Positions 11,900 to 23,472 of a DNA stretch of 64,000 bases are shown here, piece by piece. The stretch lies in the NCBI RefSeq assembly GCF_016432865.1, contig NC_067399.1, positions 465,062,001 through 465,126,000 of the forward strand, written 5' to 3'. The first letter of the stretch is position 1, and every line of letters starts with the position of its first letter. The DNA comes from Antechinus flavipes (Eukaryota). The position numbers and the translations under genes were made by a program. Below the pieces are notes generated by a model that worked only from the letters and a program-made list of their open reading frames with translations, was not told the DNA's origin and searched no databases.

Positions 11900-12400
11900 C
11901 AAGGTGGTCATCTCCAGAGCCTGTCTCTCCTCCTCCGGTCCCTTCTCTCCAAACTCCGGCAACGGGGAACTGGGAAAAGCTAGCGAACAGACTTCGACCT
12001 CGACCTCTGCCCACCGTGAACCTCAAACCAACCCGAGCGTTCCCACAGTCCACACTCACGCGTTCTGGCTGTGGACTGGCAGGAAACTGCGCCCTCCAAA
12101 GCAAGGCCACTCGGGCAACAGCTGCGGAGACGGGAGCAACGGCTGTCCAGTCCGGAAGTTTGGCCCAGCCTGGGACAAAACCCTTCCGGGGTAAGCCTAC
12201 TTCACCCTCCGCTGGCCGCTCCACCCGATTCAGCTGGGGCGACAGCAGCAGGACTGGGAGCTGAATAGCGAACCGGAAGCATATCCCAGCGGCCATCCTA
12301 TCCACCCCAAAGACTGACCTGCACGCGACTCTGTTTGGCCCCGTCCTACTTCCGACGAGCCCCCGGAAGTGGTTGTTAAGGGACATTTTAACTTGCTTTA
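11900..12400 (-). promoter_or_regulatory. ZBTB6: ZBTB6 promoter and non-coding exon 1
   Basis: Small CpG island with several ETS/GABP CCGGAAG motifs (~12152, 12183, 12273, 12363), a YY1-like GATGGCCGC on the minus strand (~12289-12297) and a candidate donor CGC|GTGAGT (exon end 12060). Confidence 0.7.
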
Positions 12401-12869
12401 CTTTGCCTTCTCCCTCGCAATTAGGGAATCTCACTGGAGGTTATTGTTAATCCATGAAAGAGCATTGTCTAGTCATAAGCAAAGAGCTTAGCTCCTCTCA
12501 TAAATTGTCAATAATTCTTATTCCGTAGGTCTTAATTTCAATTTCCTTATCTGAAAATTTTGGAGGGAATAAGAACAAGACCCTTTATAGTAGAAGAAAA
12601 GGACCATGTAATGTGCTGTGTCCTGAGGTTTCTTCCAGTTATGACATTCCATAATCCAACATTCGTTATGAAGTGGTATCTAATAGAAGCATTTTTCTCA
12701 GGAGTCAGAAATCTTCCCGAAGATAAAAGACATTTTATCGAGAGGGGCTGGGGGAAAACAACTACATTGCTGCACCATTTGGTAACATTGCAAATTGGCC
12801 CAACCATTCGCAAAAGAGCAACTTAACTACACCTCTATAGATACTGTACTGCAAACCCTCAGACAATGA

Positions 12870-13440
12870 TAACTACTACTGACCATATACTCCAAAGAGA
12901 TCAAATAAAGATGAAAAGGTATATGCACAAAATAATTCATAGCTGCTCTTTTTGTAATTGCAAGAACTATAAAATAAGGCAATGCCCATCAACTGGGGAA
13001 AAATTAAACAAATCTAGGTAAAAGGACACTACTGTGCTAAAAAGAAATGACATAAGAGATGGTGTAGAAGAAAAACCTGGGAAGATTTGCATAAATTTTT
13101 ACAGTGAAATAAGTAGAACCAGAACAATTTGCAAAATAACAAAACATTATAAAGTTAAACAATTTTGAAAGATTTAAGAATTCTGATCAATGCAATGACT
13201 GACCACAATTCCAGACCAATGATAATGTGTGAGTACTCCCTATGTTCTCACAGGAAGAAATGGATTCCAGGTGTTGAAATATATATGTATATGCATACAC
13301 ATATACAAACAGGTGTATATATACACATATATATTTGGACATAGCTCTTGTAGGAACTTGTTTTTGCTTTAAGCATATTACACATTTTTTTCAATTATAA
13401 GGGGAGAAAATAATAAAAATAGACAGTGACATAAATGATA
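12870..13440 (+). mobile_element. Old L1 3' region (ORF2 end / 3' UTR)
   Basis: ctccaaagagatcaaa...atagctgctctttttgtaattgcaagaac...tgcccatcaactgggg is typical of the L1 3' end. Confidence 0.7.
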
Positions 13441-13589
13441 CAGATAAATTTAGAAATCCTCAGATGCAGTCCTTGCTATACCATTGATTAGCTGTTCAAA
13501 CTGGGTAGGTCAATTCATCTGAACTAGATTCCTCATAAAATGCAAGAATACTATCGGGTCTTTTCAACAATTTCTAATGTCAATAAAAG

Positions 13590-14400
13590 AAACTAGCATA
13601 ATAATATGAATAGGAAAAAACAAATGAAGAATGCTTATTGGCAAAATTATGACAAGTAGTTGGATGGACAGCTCACTGAGTTGGTATATCCATACATGCA
13701 TATTAATTACTACATAGAAATGAACAAGCTGGGATCACAGCTAGACAGGAAAAGAATGGGCTGTATTTCATTCTGAAAATGTGCAACTTTCAACAGTTCC
13801 AATTTGATCTCTGACACAAAAACTCATTTCTTAAACAATATTATCCTAATAATGCTATATTAAAACACAACTGAAAAAAAATTGTGGATGACTTAAGGAC
13901 CAAAAAAAAAAAAAAAAGAGTAAGCATAATGCAGCATATTACCAATAATGACCATAGAAAAAGGAGTGGCATGAAAGGTTTCTTTAGATTTGTAACTGAA
14001 AAAGGTGAGCAAGTCAAGGGCATGGCAACAATAAAAATCAACAGATGGACACACTGAGTATCAGTTACTCTGGTAGCTACAGCTCCCATATAAGTCTAAG
14101 AGTACTATATAGATCTAGGATAATGAAATACTCTAAGAGTAGAATTTAGATCAGTGGGATCAAGAATATAGGACCAGAGATCAAGTCCAGGAAAATAAGA
14201 TTATAAAATAGGAGATGGGGAAAAACTCCAGAGATGTGCAGCTCCAAGTCACAGAGATCCTGTTTTGATCATAGTGATACCTTTCCATTCCAGCAGTACT
14301 CAGCTTTAAGGGACAAAAAAAAAAAAAAAAAATTGCAAAAATGAGGTAGTTTTTCTTCTGATCCAGCAAGCCCCTCAACTATTGAAGACTACACATTATC
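13590..14400 (+). mobile_element. Degenerate RTE-clade LINE 3' fragment
   Basis: aatgaacaagctgggatcacagctagacaggaaaagaatgggctgtatttcattc resembles the RTE ORF2 C-terminal N.L..EL.RR...GW.AF motif. Confidence 0.5.
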
Positions 14401-14669
14401 AAGACTTTGGACAAGCCTCTTAAAAGGGATGCTTCAAGAAGTGGGGTGGCTGGGGAGTAGGGAATAGTCACAATGTGTTATTTACCAAATGCAAAGTACC
14501 ACTGGGTCTGATTTTGCATTATGCATCCTTAATTCCTCTATCTATTGATGATTCTCAATTTTCAGTAATGATATAGTAAGACATTGTTCACTGTGAAGCA
14601 AATCTGGAACCAGAAGCCTTCCAGCTGGTTGATATCCACTAAATTGTTAAAAGACCTAATGCAGTAGTT

Positions 14670-14810
14670 TTTAGCTTTTTTGTTTTGGGGAGGTGTGTCA
14701 TGGACCTCTCTGGAAGGTTGAAAAAGCCTATGAACCTCTTTTCAGAACATTTTTTAAAATCATAAAATACATATGAAAATAAAAATAATAAAAATTATAT
14801 TTTAAATTGT
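14670..14810 (+). mobile_element. hAT/Charlie-type non-autonomous DNA transposon fragment
   Basis: tgtgtcatggacctctctgg...aagcctatgaacctcttttcagaa; same family as 36145-36330. Confidence 0.5.
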
Positions 14811-14818
14811 CTATGTGC

Positions 14819-14825
<7 letters not shown>

Positions 14826-14857
<32 letters not shown>
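14826..14857. repeat. (TG)16 microsatellite
   Basis: Direct reading. Confidence 0.95.
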
Positions 14858-14858
<1 letters not shown>

Positions 14859-15279
14859 TTTTTTTGTGTGTGTGCATGTGTGTATATATATATTTACATT
14901 TGTGTACCCAAAGTTTGGGGAAGAAGACTTCCCTAAGTTGGGAATAACTGTACTAAAGGGAATACTACACCAACTAGAATTCAGTTGTTCATCAAACAGA
15001 GCTAGTCCACTGTTATGCTATACCAAAATTTGTTGTTGTTGTTGTTCCAATCTTATCAAGTTTACTAGATATCCAACCTTCTATTATTCGTAGATTTAAT
15101 GTCTATCCATTTTACCTTGATCCAAGACACAAATAAGAATAAATAAAATGGCACCAAGGGAACATTCTCTTACCTGTTCCACTAGAGAGAGACCTTTATA
15201 CAAAATGTCACTGGAGCTATTAGCAGTGGGTGAGAGGATTCAACCAGTTCAAAACCCAAATGAGTAAAATTGTTTACTT

Positions 15280-15480
15280 TAGTGATATTAAACTCAAAAC
15301 AGAAACGGGGATCATTAATTAGAAGACTAGAATAAACATTAGAATACTGGACAGTAGTAAACTGACTAATTTTAAAATGTTATATAACCTATGTCCCATT
15401 ATATTTTTGTTAACTATTTTATTTTAATCTGGGTTAGCTGCAGGCAACATGGCTGGATTGCATGCTGAGCACCCCAACCC
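15280..15480 (+). mobile_element. hAT-type MITE fragment
   Basis: aaactcaaaacagaaacgggg...ttttaatctgggttagctgc; same family as 62355-62540. Confidence 0.45.
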
Positions 15481-16279
15481 AAATGATCACTAAGGTACCT
15501 TATATTTCTAAATCCCATGATTTATGAATATCTCTATTGATTACAACTCCCTAGTATATTGTAAGTTCCTCAAGAAGTAAAGTTGTATTCTTTTTCATCT
15601 TTGGAAATCTTAGTAAGGAGGACAGACAGCAAGCATATCAGGTACTTAATATATATTATTTTCTATCACTTCCACAATTTGGTTATTAATACCTTCAGAT
15701 TAGTAACTTTAATTAATAACTACTTTCCCTCTTTGCATTTCCATTAATCATAACTGATTGGAGGGAACCTTAGGTACTCAAAGGTTTTATCAACACATTA
15801 CAAACTTTGGCTGGCCTATCAAGCAAAAAGGCTATGTGAGTCTACAGTTGAAAAATAGACTTAAGTATGACAAAGTCAGTACCAAAGGTTTGGGCACCAG
15901 AGTAAAGACTTATTCACAAAGGAGTACTGAAGGGAAAATACTCTTCCAATGCAATCTTACATCTTTTAAATTATTTCCTGTTAGATGTGAACTTAGATTA
16001 TAACTCATTATTAGTGACTTTATTTAGACATAAGTGAGAGCAATAGTAGCTTTATAATCTAACTAACCTCCAAACTACAGGTGTTTTATGATTTTGAAAT
16101 AATTTAGACCAATAATTTGGTCATTTTTCTAGCAATAAAATATCTTAAGATTTTTCCTAAAAGTGACACCATCCTATACATAAAAAATGTAAAAATTACC
16201 TTCAGAGATATTCAAGGATTTCAGAAGAAAATGGGAGAATGAAGCAAGCCATTGACACCAGGATTTTAGTTGTCACACT

Positions 16280-16285
16280 TTTATT
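16280..16285 (-). terminator. Candidate ZBTB26 polyadenylation signal
   Basis: AATAAA on the minus strand followed by a CA dinucleotide and a U-rich downstream stretch; implies a ~3.2-kb 3' UTR. No transcript evidence. Confidence 0.35.
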
Positions 16286-19200
16286 AAGGAAACTTCCTCA
16301 TAATAGGTGAAGAGGTAGTTTGTAGTCAGTATGTGTAACATACAACAAGTTTATGACAGCTGTTCATTAGCTGAAAGTAGACAATGGAAATAAGTACTTT
16401 GCTATGTATTTGACAGTAGTGAAAAGGTGAACCTGGTCTCAGAGGAATGCCCTATTTATACAGCTTCTAGTGAAAAAATTTTAAAGGAGTTAAACCCATA
16501 TCTAATTTACCTTTCTAGATGTTAGTCACTTCAACTAAGTGCTTTTAATTTTTTAAATTCTAAACTGTAGTGCTAAAACTTAACAGGATTCCTTCTTCCT
16601 TTTGTGCTTTATAGGGTTATAACATCAAAGATCTATAAAATTCTAATGCTGAGTGAATAAAAAGTTTTAGTCTTTCTACCACAAGAATTTCAAATAGTTT
16701 TCTATGTCATTCAGTAGTCTGGTCAAATTTCAATACAAGCTAGGAAACCTACATATTTGAAAAAATCAAATTCTAGCTAAAATGCAAATTTAATATAGTG
16801 TCATTGAACTTCATTAAGAAAATCTCACAGAAATGAAAGGGACTTTCACTCCAGCTAACAATTAGAGGAGAGTTCAGTCACTTTAGTGATTTATATTTGC
16901 AGAGAAGTGCAAACTAAAGGTTTTCCTAGGAGGAAATAATGATAGTAAATAAAGCCAAAGTGTCAGGATATTCTTATTTTAAGTGCTCTTAATAATCCAA
17001 GGTAGTCTTCATTATTTTTTGTTGTTAAGTCAGAGACCACATGAGGCAACTGTGGAATAACAGGGAAAACACTGGCCGGGATGGGTATCAAGACTTTTTT
17101 TAGTACCTGTCATTGAGTCTGCCCCTAAGATATTTTGAGAAGTTCTAGTTCTGCCATTACATTGGCAAGTTAACTTCCTGGTGTTTTGTTTACTCCTCTG
17201 AAAGATGAGGGCACTGGACTTGTCCTAATTTTCTACATTATCTGATAAAAACCCAGGAAGTCAAGTCTTAAGTAAAAGAGCTGTAAATTTGAACTCTTGC
17301 CTATTTAGTCAATACACTAAGACAAAAACATCACAAGAATGGCAGTACAACTGTCATTTAATGAACTTAAGTCCCTTGACTATGCCATATAATTTTCCTA
17401 TAATCAAATGTTACTCAAACATAAAACAAAATGGTTTAAATATCCTGTTGTAATTTCTCATTGTTGCATAGCATTGGTATCTTCAGTTAGACTTTGTAAA
17501 AGTAGGTATTGTCAGGGAGCAGCTATATCACAATCTGCTCTGCTTATTATAATTAAGGTTAAGTGCTTACTGGCTCTACCCTTCAACATATTCTCCATTT
17601 AGGTTGTCTGGCAAATAACACGGGAAAGTATTTTTTAAACTATATTGATCGATACAATGTTTCCAACTAGATTCACAAGATATAGCATTCAATATACCAA
17701 CCACAGGAATTCCCTCAAATCATCTAAGTTTCTTTACATGCACTCAAAAAGAATTTTTTTTTTAATTTGATGGAAATGAACACAATCTAGTTTAGAAAGT
17801 GTTTGGGTTTAGTCCCCATTCAACTTCCACTATGTATTCTTACTTGCCAAAGGAAGGAACAATATAGCAAACAAGCATTACCACTAAGCAAATTTATCTC
17901 AGAGTTTGTAACAACAGAATATTCTTCAAACTACTACTTTTGAAGTAGAAAAGAATTTCTAAATGGGAATGAATATTATGTGATAGTTAGCTAGTAAACA
18001 ACTTTCTTGGCCTAAAACCCAGCAATGATTTAAAGAGGAAACATAAAACCTCCAGTTAACATGTAATATTTTACCTTGAATATCAAATAGTTATTAATAA
18101 AGCCTTGAGGAACATGTGAAGTAAAAGCTTTGTTTTAAATGATATTGGGTCAGTCATTTCCCACTCTGGAAATCAGTTTCCTCAACTGTGAAAAGGAACT
18201 CAACTAGTTTATCTCTAAGGTCCCTTTCAGCTCTAATATTCTATGATGCTAAGACTATCTAAATCTAACTCATATGTCATATAATAGTTAAGAATCCAAA
18301 ATATTATTCAAGAGGCAAAGGAAAAAACCTATACAAATGGATTGACATGGTGCTAGTGAGTCTTACAGGTAAGGAAATAAGATTGGACACCTTCAAAAGA
18401 AAAATCTGATTGTAATATGTGCCCTTTATAATTCATTAAGGATTTTTTCAGTTATTTTAGGTTTGGAAGTACACTATAACTACAGAAAAGTGCACTTATA
18501 ATTTGTGGAGATTTTGTAAACTTCTACAAAGTATCAAACAGTATACATTTTTTTTTTAAATCAAACACACTATGACTGTGGCTCACCTGACAAAGTATAT
18601 CAACTACCAAGTTGATTTACCAGTTGTTTTTTTTTTTTTTTTAAAGATCATTACTCTTCAACACATCCATTAAGTACTTTTATCATCTGTTGTCCTAGCT
18701 TTAAGAAAATCAATAGATGAGTAACACTGTTATTAGATGCAAATGGCCTTTTCATGTAATATTTTAATTGAAAAACCAAAGATATCCATTTTGTTAACAC
18801 AGTGATTTCAATTGCTGTCTTTTATATGTGATTATATTAGTATTAACAGCGCTCTGTACTTGTATAAGCAAGTGAGGCTGAAAAAAACAATGTGTATCAT
18901 CTGATTCATGTGAATAACTTAGAAAATGGAAATCAAATATTAATACTGTTTAAAAGTACATAAAATGAACTAAATATGCTTCCTGTGAACTTTAAGATGA
19001 ACTCAAATGGAGTTTGTGGAAGAAATAAAATGTTAACAAAAACAAATGACTTTACTATTGAGCAGCCAGTGGTTCACGCTATCTGAAGTCAAGGTTAAAC
19101 ATTATAAACACTTTTTTAAAAATTTCAGCCACTTTTGTTCACAATCTACAGTGTTTTTCATTTCCCCTAACATGGCATCTATTGATGAAAAATAGTTGAG

Positions 19201-19523
19201 GTTAATTTGTTGTTACCATGCCCCACAAACAAACAGAAATGGAACCAGTCAGAAATAGGAGTCCATATTATTGACCTTCAGTGTAGTAATTTCAAAAAAG
19301 AAAACCAGATACTTATAGAAAGAAAATTTATCACTGAAAATAGGGTAAAAAGGGAGTTAAAACACCTCGATGTAGCAATAGCAACTCAGCAGGTGCTTTC
19401 ATTGAGCCCCAACTGTTTACACTAGTCAAATTAACCAAAATGCTCCCCACCCCATCCCCAAGGTCACACTTAATTGTTCTTCATGCTTTCTTGGTTAACC
19501 ATTAGTTATTTGTAGAACTCTAC

Positions 19524-20849
19524 TTAATTAACACAAGTACCATCACTCCTTATAGTCAGTACAGCCTGGGCCAGTTTACCTGCATCTAATACCTGGGATG
19601 CATCTGATGGCTGCTGGCACCCTTTAGTTTCTGTTACTGTGGTACAAGCAAAAGAATCAAAATCCACTGTGAGGTCTTGCACATTTCTTTCATTAGCATT
19701 ATCAAAGCTGTTTTTACNNNNNNNNNNNNNNNNNNNNNNNNNNNNNNNNNNNNNNNNNNNNNNNNNNNNNNNNNNNNNNNNNNNNNNNNNNNNNNNNNNN
19801 NNNNNNNNNNNNNNNNNNNNNNNNNNNNNNNNNNNNNNNNNNNNNNNNNNNNNNNNNCAGATTTTACACTGAAAAGGTTTGATGCCTGCATGTACTCGCA
19901 TATGTCGGTGGAGGTTGCCTTTCTGAGTGAATGTTTTTCCGCAGAGTAAACACATAAAGAGTTTATGCATTTTTAAGTGGTTAGCATAGTTCTCTAGATG
20001 ACGAAACACCCTGGTACACTTTGGGCACTGGTGATGCCACTGAAGGCCTTTGTCTATGCCACGATTATTAGGACCAAACAAGTCTTTAGAGGCCATAATG
20101 ATATTATCACTACCTGCATAAGAAAGAGCATAATTGTGGAGATGGTTTTGTTCAATTTCATTTACTCTGTTTTCCACAGTTGAATTAATGAAGGAGTGCT
20201 GGGGTTCTGAGGAATGTAAAGCAGATGGTTCAGAAGAAATAAACTGATTTTGATCTTTTTTATTCCTAACTTCTGAAACTTCCCCAATTGATTCTACTTT
20301 AACAATCTGAATGTCACTGTCCTCCATGTCCATACTATCCTCAGAGGGTTGAATACAGGGGGAATCCTGCTCCTGTGAGTCTCTGTCATCTACCTGCTGT
20401 TCTTTTGTCTCTGAAGAATCACTCTGCTGTTCACATTCCTCTTTGCCTTCCAAAGACTGCTTGGGCTTTATAAACTTCCAAAGGGCCTGTGTGCATCGTT
20501 CTACAATGTGGCTCATCTGAAGAAAGCTTGCAGCTGTCAAATAATTTACCAGTTCCATCTCAGGAAATTCCAGAATGCCACTATAACAGGATAGTAGCAA
20601 TTGTCTCCCCACTTCTGATCTCTGCAATATGGAAATCTTTATTTCTCTGGAATCATTCAGTAAAAACTGGTCTCTTAGGAAGGGTGAGCCTGCGGCAAAC
20701 ACAATTTTATGTCCCTGAACCTCAATATCATCTATATGAACTGCGACGTCACAAAACTTATTTTCTTCTCTTAACTTGTTCATTTTTTGTAACATTGAAT
20801 CTCCATAATTTTCAAACTTGAAGCGAAGGAGATCTGATCTTTCAGACAT
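19524..20849 (-). CDS. ZBTB26: Zinc finger and BTB domain protein 26, single coding exon, 441 aa including the gap
   Basis: MSERSDLLRFKFENYGDSMLQKMNKLREENKFCD... BTB domain, HQCPKC/FMCLLC/FQCKI fingers and ...RSDGTCVN terminus match recalled human ZBTB26. ATG at 20849-20847 lies 10 nt after acceptor ccctttag|GTCTGCCACA (exon starts 20859). Confidence 0.96.
   Translation of the reverse strand: MSERSDLLRFKFENYGDSMLQKMNKLREENKFCDVAVHIDDIEVQGHKIVFAAGSPFLRDQFLLNDSREIKISILQRSEVGRQLLLSCYSGILEFPEMELVNYLTAASFLQMSHIVERCTQALWKFIKPKQSLEGKEECEQQSDSSETKEQQVDDRDSQEQDSPCIQPSEDSMDMEDSDIQIVKVESIGEVSEVRNKKDQNQFISSEPSALHSSEPQHSFINSTVENRVNEIEQNHLHNYALSYAGSDNIIMASKDLFGPNNRGIDKGLQWHHQCPKCTRVFRHLENYANHLKMHKLFMCLLCGKTFTQKGNLHRHMRVHAGIKPFQCKIXXXXXXXXXXXXXXXXXXXXXXXXXXXXXXXXXXXXXXXXXXXXXXXXKNSFDNANERNVQDLTVDFDSFACTTVTETKGCQQPSDASQVLDAGKLAQAVLTIRSDGTCVN
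19718..19857. other. Assembly gap of 140 N inside ZBTB26 zinc fingers 3-4
   Basis: Run of N; reading frame is preserved across it. Confidence 0.99.
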
Positions 20850-21048
20850 TGTGGCAGACCTAAAGGGTGGAAATGTAGAGATGTTGAGATAGGGGAAAAA
20901 AAAGTCAAAAATGTAAGAAACCTGGGCTTGATTTGGGGAAAAAAAAAAAAAATTACCCATTTGCTTTTTAGGAAATGTTCTTAGAAAGAAGATAGCTTTC
21001 CAAGACAACCAAAAAATTAACCCTTTTCAACAGTGTCAAAAGTACTTA

Positions 21049-21934
21049 CGAGCCCAGATTAATAGAGGAAGAAGTAAATTTCTTAAACAATCCCATTTTA
21101 GAAAAAGAAATAGAAGAAGCTATTAATAAACTCCCTAAGAAAAAATCCCCAGGACCAGATGGATTTACATGTGAATTCTACCAAACATTTAAAGAACAAT
21201 TAACTCCAATGCCATATAAACTATTTGAAAAAATAGGGAATGAAGGAATCCTACCAAATTCCTTTTATGACACAGCAATGGTAATGATACCTAAACCAGG
21301 CAGGACAAAAAAAGAGAAAGAAAATTATAGACCAAGCTCCCTAATGAATATTGATGCAAAAATCTTAAATAAAATATTAGCAAAAAGATTACAGAAAATC
21401 ATCCCCAGGATAATACACCATAACCAAGTAGGATTTATACCAGGAATGCAGGACTGGTTCAATATTAGGAAAACTATTAGCATAATTAACTATATCAATA
21501 ACCAAATTAACAAAAACCATATGAACATTTCAATAGATGCAGAAAAAGCATTTATAATGTCCAACACCCATTCCTTTTAAAAACACTAGAGAGTATAGTA
21601 ATAAATGGACTTTTCCTTTAAATAGTCATTAGCATCTATTTAAAATCATCAGTAAGCATCATATGTAATGGGGATAAACTGGAGCCATTTCCAATAAGAT
21701 CAGGAGTGAAACACAATTGCCCACTATCCCCAAGTTTAGCACCAAAAATTATAAAGCAAAGTAATTTTAAATCACAGAACAAAACCTTTTGAGAGTTTAC
21801 TCATTACAGGTTCCATTAGGCCTTACCATTGTCTAGCCCAAACCAATATTTCCTTCTGTGGAATCATTAGGGAATTACTATTCAATATTGTATTAGAAAT
21901 GCTAGCTTTGGCAATAAGAGATGAAAAAGAGGTT
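21049..21934 (+). mobile_element. Internal L1 ORF2 (reverse transcriptase) fragment, interrupted at 21735-21874
   Basis: ORF 21209-21580 ...[24 protein letters not shown]...[16 protein letters not shown]...SIDAEKAF is L1 RT; flanked by direct repeat AAAAGTACTTA (21038-21048, 21935-21945). Confidence 0.92.
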
Positions 21935-22889
21935 AAAAGTACTTAGAAGTGGAAAAATAAATAGCTCAACACTTCTCTTTGATCAGTACTTATAATAAGA
22001 ACTGCAAATCATTCATCAATTCAAAGGCATTTTTCCTATCTTCAAATAAAAATCTGACCAGATTTTAATAATAAACTGTAATGAATCCAAACAAGTTCAG
22101 TTAACTACTGAGTTAGATTTTACTCAGTACTAAGAACTACAACTCAAGGTTTTCATGTTCTCCTCAAGGTAAGGCCAAACGCTGGCAAAGATGCTTGCTT
22201 CTCATGAGAAGAAAAGAAAAATCTCATTGATTTTCCTCTTAAAATATTGCAAACAACTTGACTGTCTTATCCCAGGACAGATGACAAAATGGCAGGAATA
22301 TAAAAGGGTAGAAATATTAAAAAAAAAAAAAAGTCAAAAATGAATTAAAGGATTTCTGGGAAAATAATAATTCTAGTAATAGAAAAACTGGGTTGGAGGT
22401 ACAAATAGAAGGAAGAGGTAAAAGAGCCAAAAAAACTTTAAAACTCCACGGAGTTTTTTGGCATTTTATATAATTTTATAGAGACAGTATAAAAGCTTAT
22501 CAATACCTTGCAAGCAACATAAATAACAAATACCACAGTTTAGATATCAAAAGATGTCAGATGATATAGAAGAGAAAATATTGCATTTGTGGCAAAGAAA
22601 ACCCTTTATAAAAATCTCAATTATATCAAGACAATTGGTGACAACTTAGAAAGGAAAAAAATTAAGGATGAGAATTCATTTCTATCCTGTACTTTTAAGT
22701 TTTAAATATTTATTTAAAATGTCTATTCTAAAAATACATAGCATTATAATTTAGCACCAAAAATTATAAAGCAAAGTAATTTTAAATCACAGAACAAAAC
22801 CTTTTGAGAGTTTACTCATTCCAGGTTCCATTAGGCCTTACCATTGTCTAGCCCAAACCAATATTTCCTTCTGTGGAATCATTAGGGAA
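21735..22889 (+). repeat. 140-bp dispersed direct repeat (21735-21874 and 22750-22889)
   Basis: Base-by-base comparison gives 139/140 identity; the only mismatch is a21806 vs c22821; offset 1015 bp. Confidence 0.95.
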
Positions 22890-23311
22890 AGTTAATTGCT
22901 GAAAATCATCCAAATACGTTTGAATATTCTTGCCAACAAGACAGATAGGTCCAATCTCCCTCTCATGGTTTAAGAAGCAAGTGCTATTATTTGCTTTATA
23001 TTCATTGGTTTTATGAAAATTATCTTTCTAAAAGCAATGTGAATATTGTAAAGACAATCAATTTTGAAAGAACTGAGAAATCTAATCAACACAATGACCA
23101 ACCACCATTTCAGAGGACTAATGATGAAACAGGCCATCTACATTCCAATGGAGAGAGATGATGGACTCAAAGTACAGATGAAGATTTTTTAATTTTTAAT
23201 ATGGTCAATGAAGAAATTTGTTTGATTACACATGTTTATAATAAGGGATATTGGTTTTTTCCTTTCTCAGTAGAGAAGAAGAGAGAATGATGGAAAGAAG
23301 GTAAGATTATG

Positions 23312-23472
23312 GGGGATTTTGGGAGGGGTTTTTTTGGCTGAGGCAGTTGGGGTTAAGTGACTTGCCAGCATCACACAGATAGGAACTATTAAGTGTCTGA
23401 GATGAGATTTGAACTCAGGTCCTCCTGACTTCAGAGCTGGTGCTCTATCCACTGTACCACCTACCTGCCTCT
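23312..23472 (-). mobile_element. WSINE1-type marsupial CORE-SINE
   Basis: ggggttaagtgacttgcc...tttgaactcaggtcctcctgacttcagagctggtgctctatccactg; TSD AGATTATG at 23304-23311 and 23473-23480. Confidence 0.85.

Noticed and set aside
11814-12434. 206-aa ORF across the ZBTB6 promoter, and similar ORFs at 29339-30437 and 31942-32839
   Set aside because: These are CpG-island ORFs with no domain similarity that cross likely splice donors.
20850-21008. 53-aa N-terminal extension of the ZBTB26 ORF in the track
   Set aside because: It is mostly intronic sequence upstream of the acceptor at 20860; the real start is 20849.
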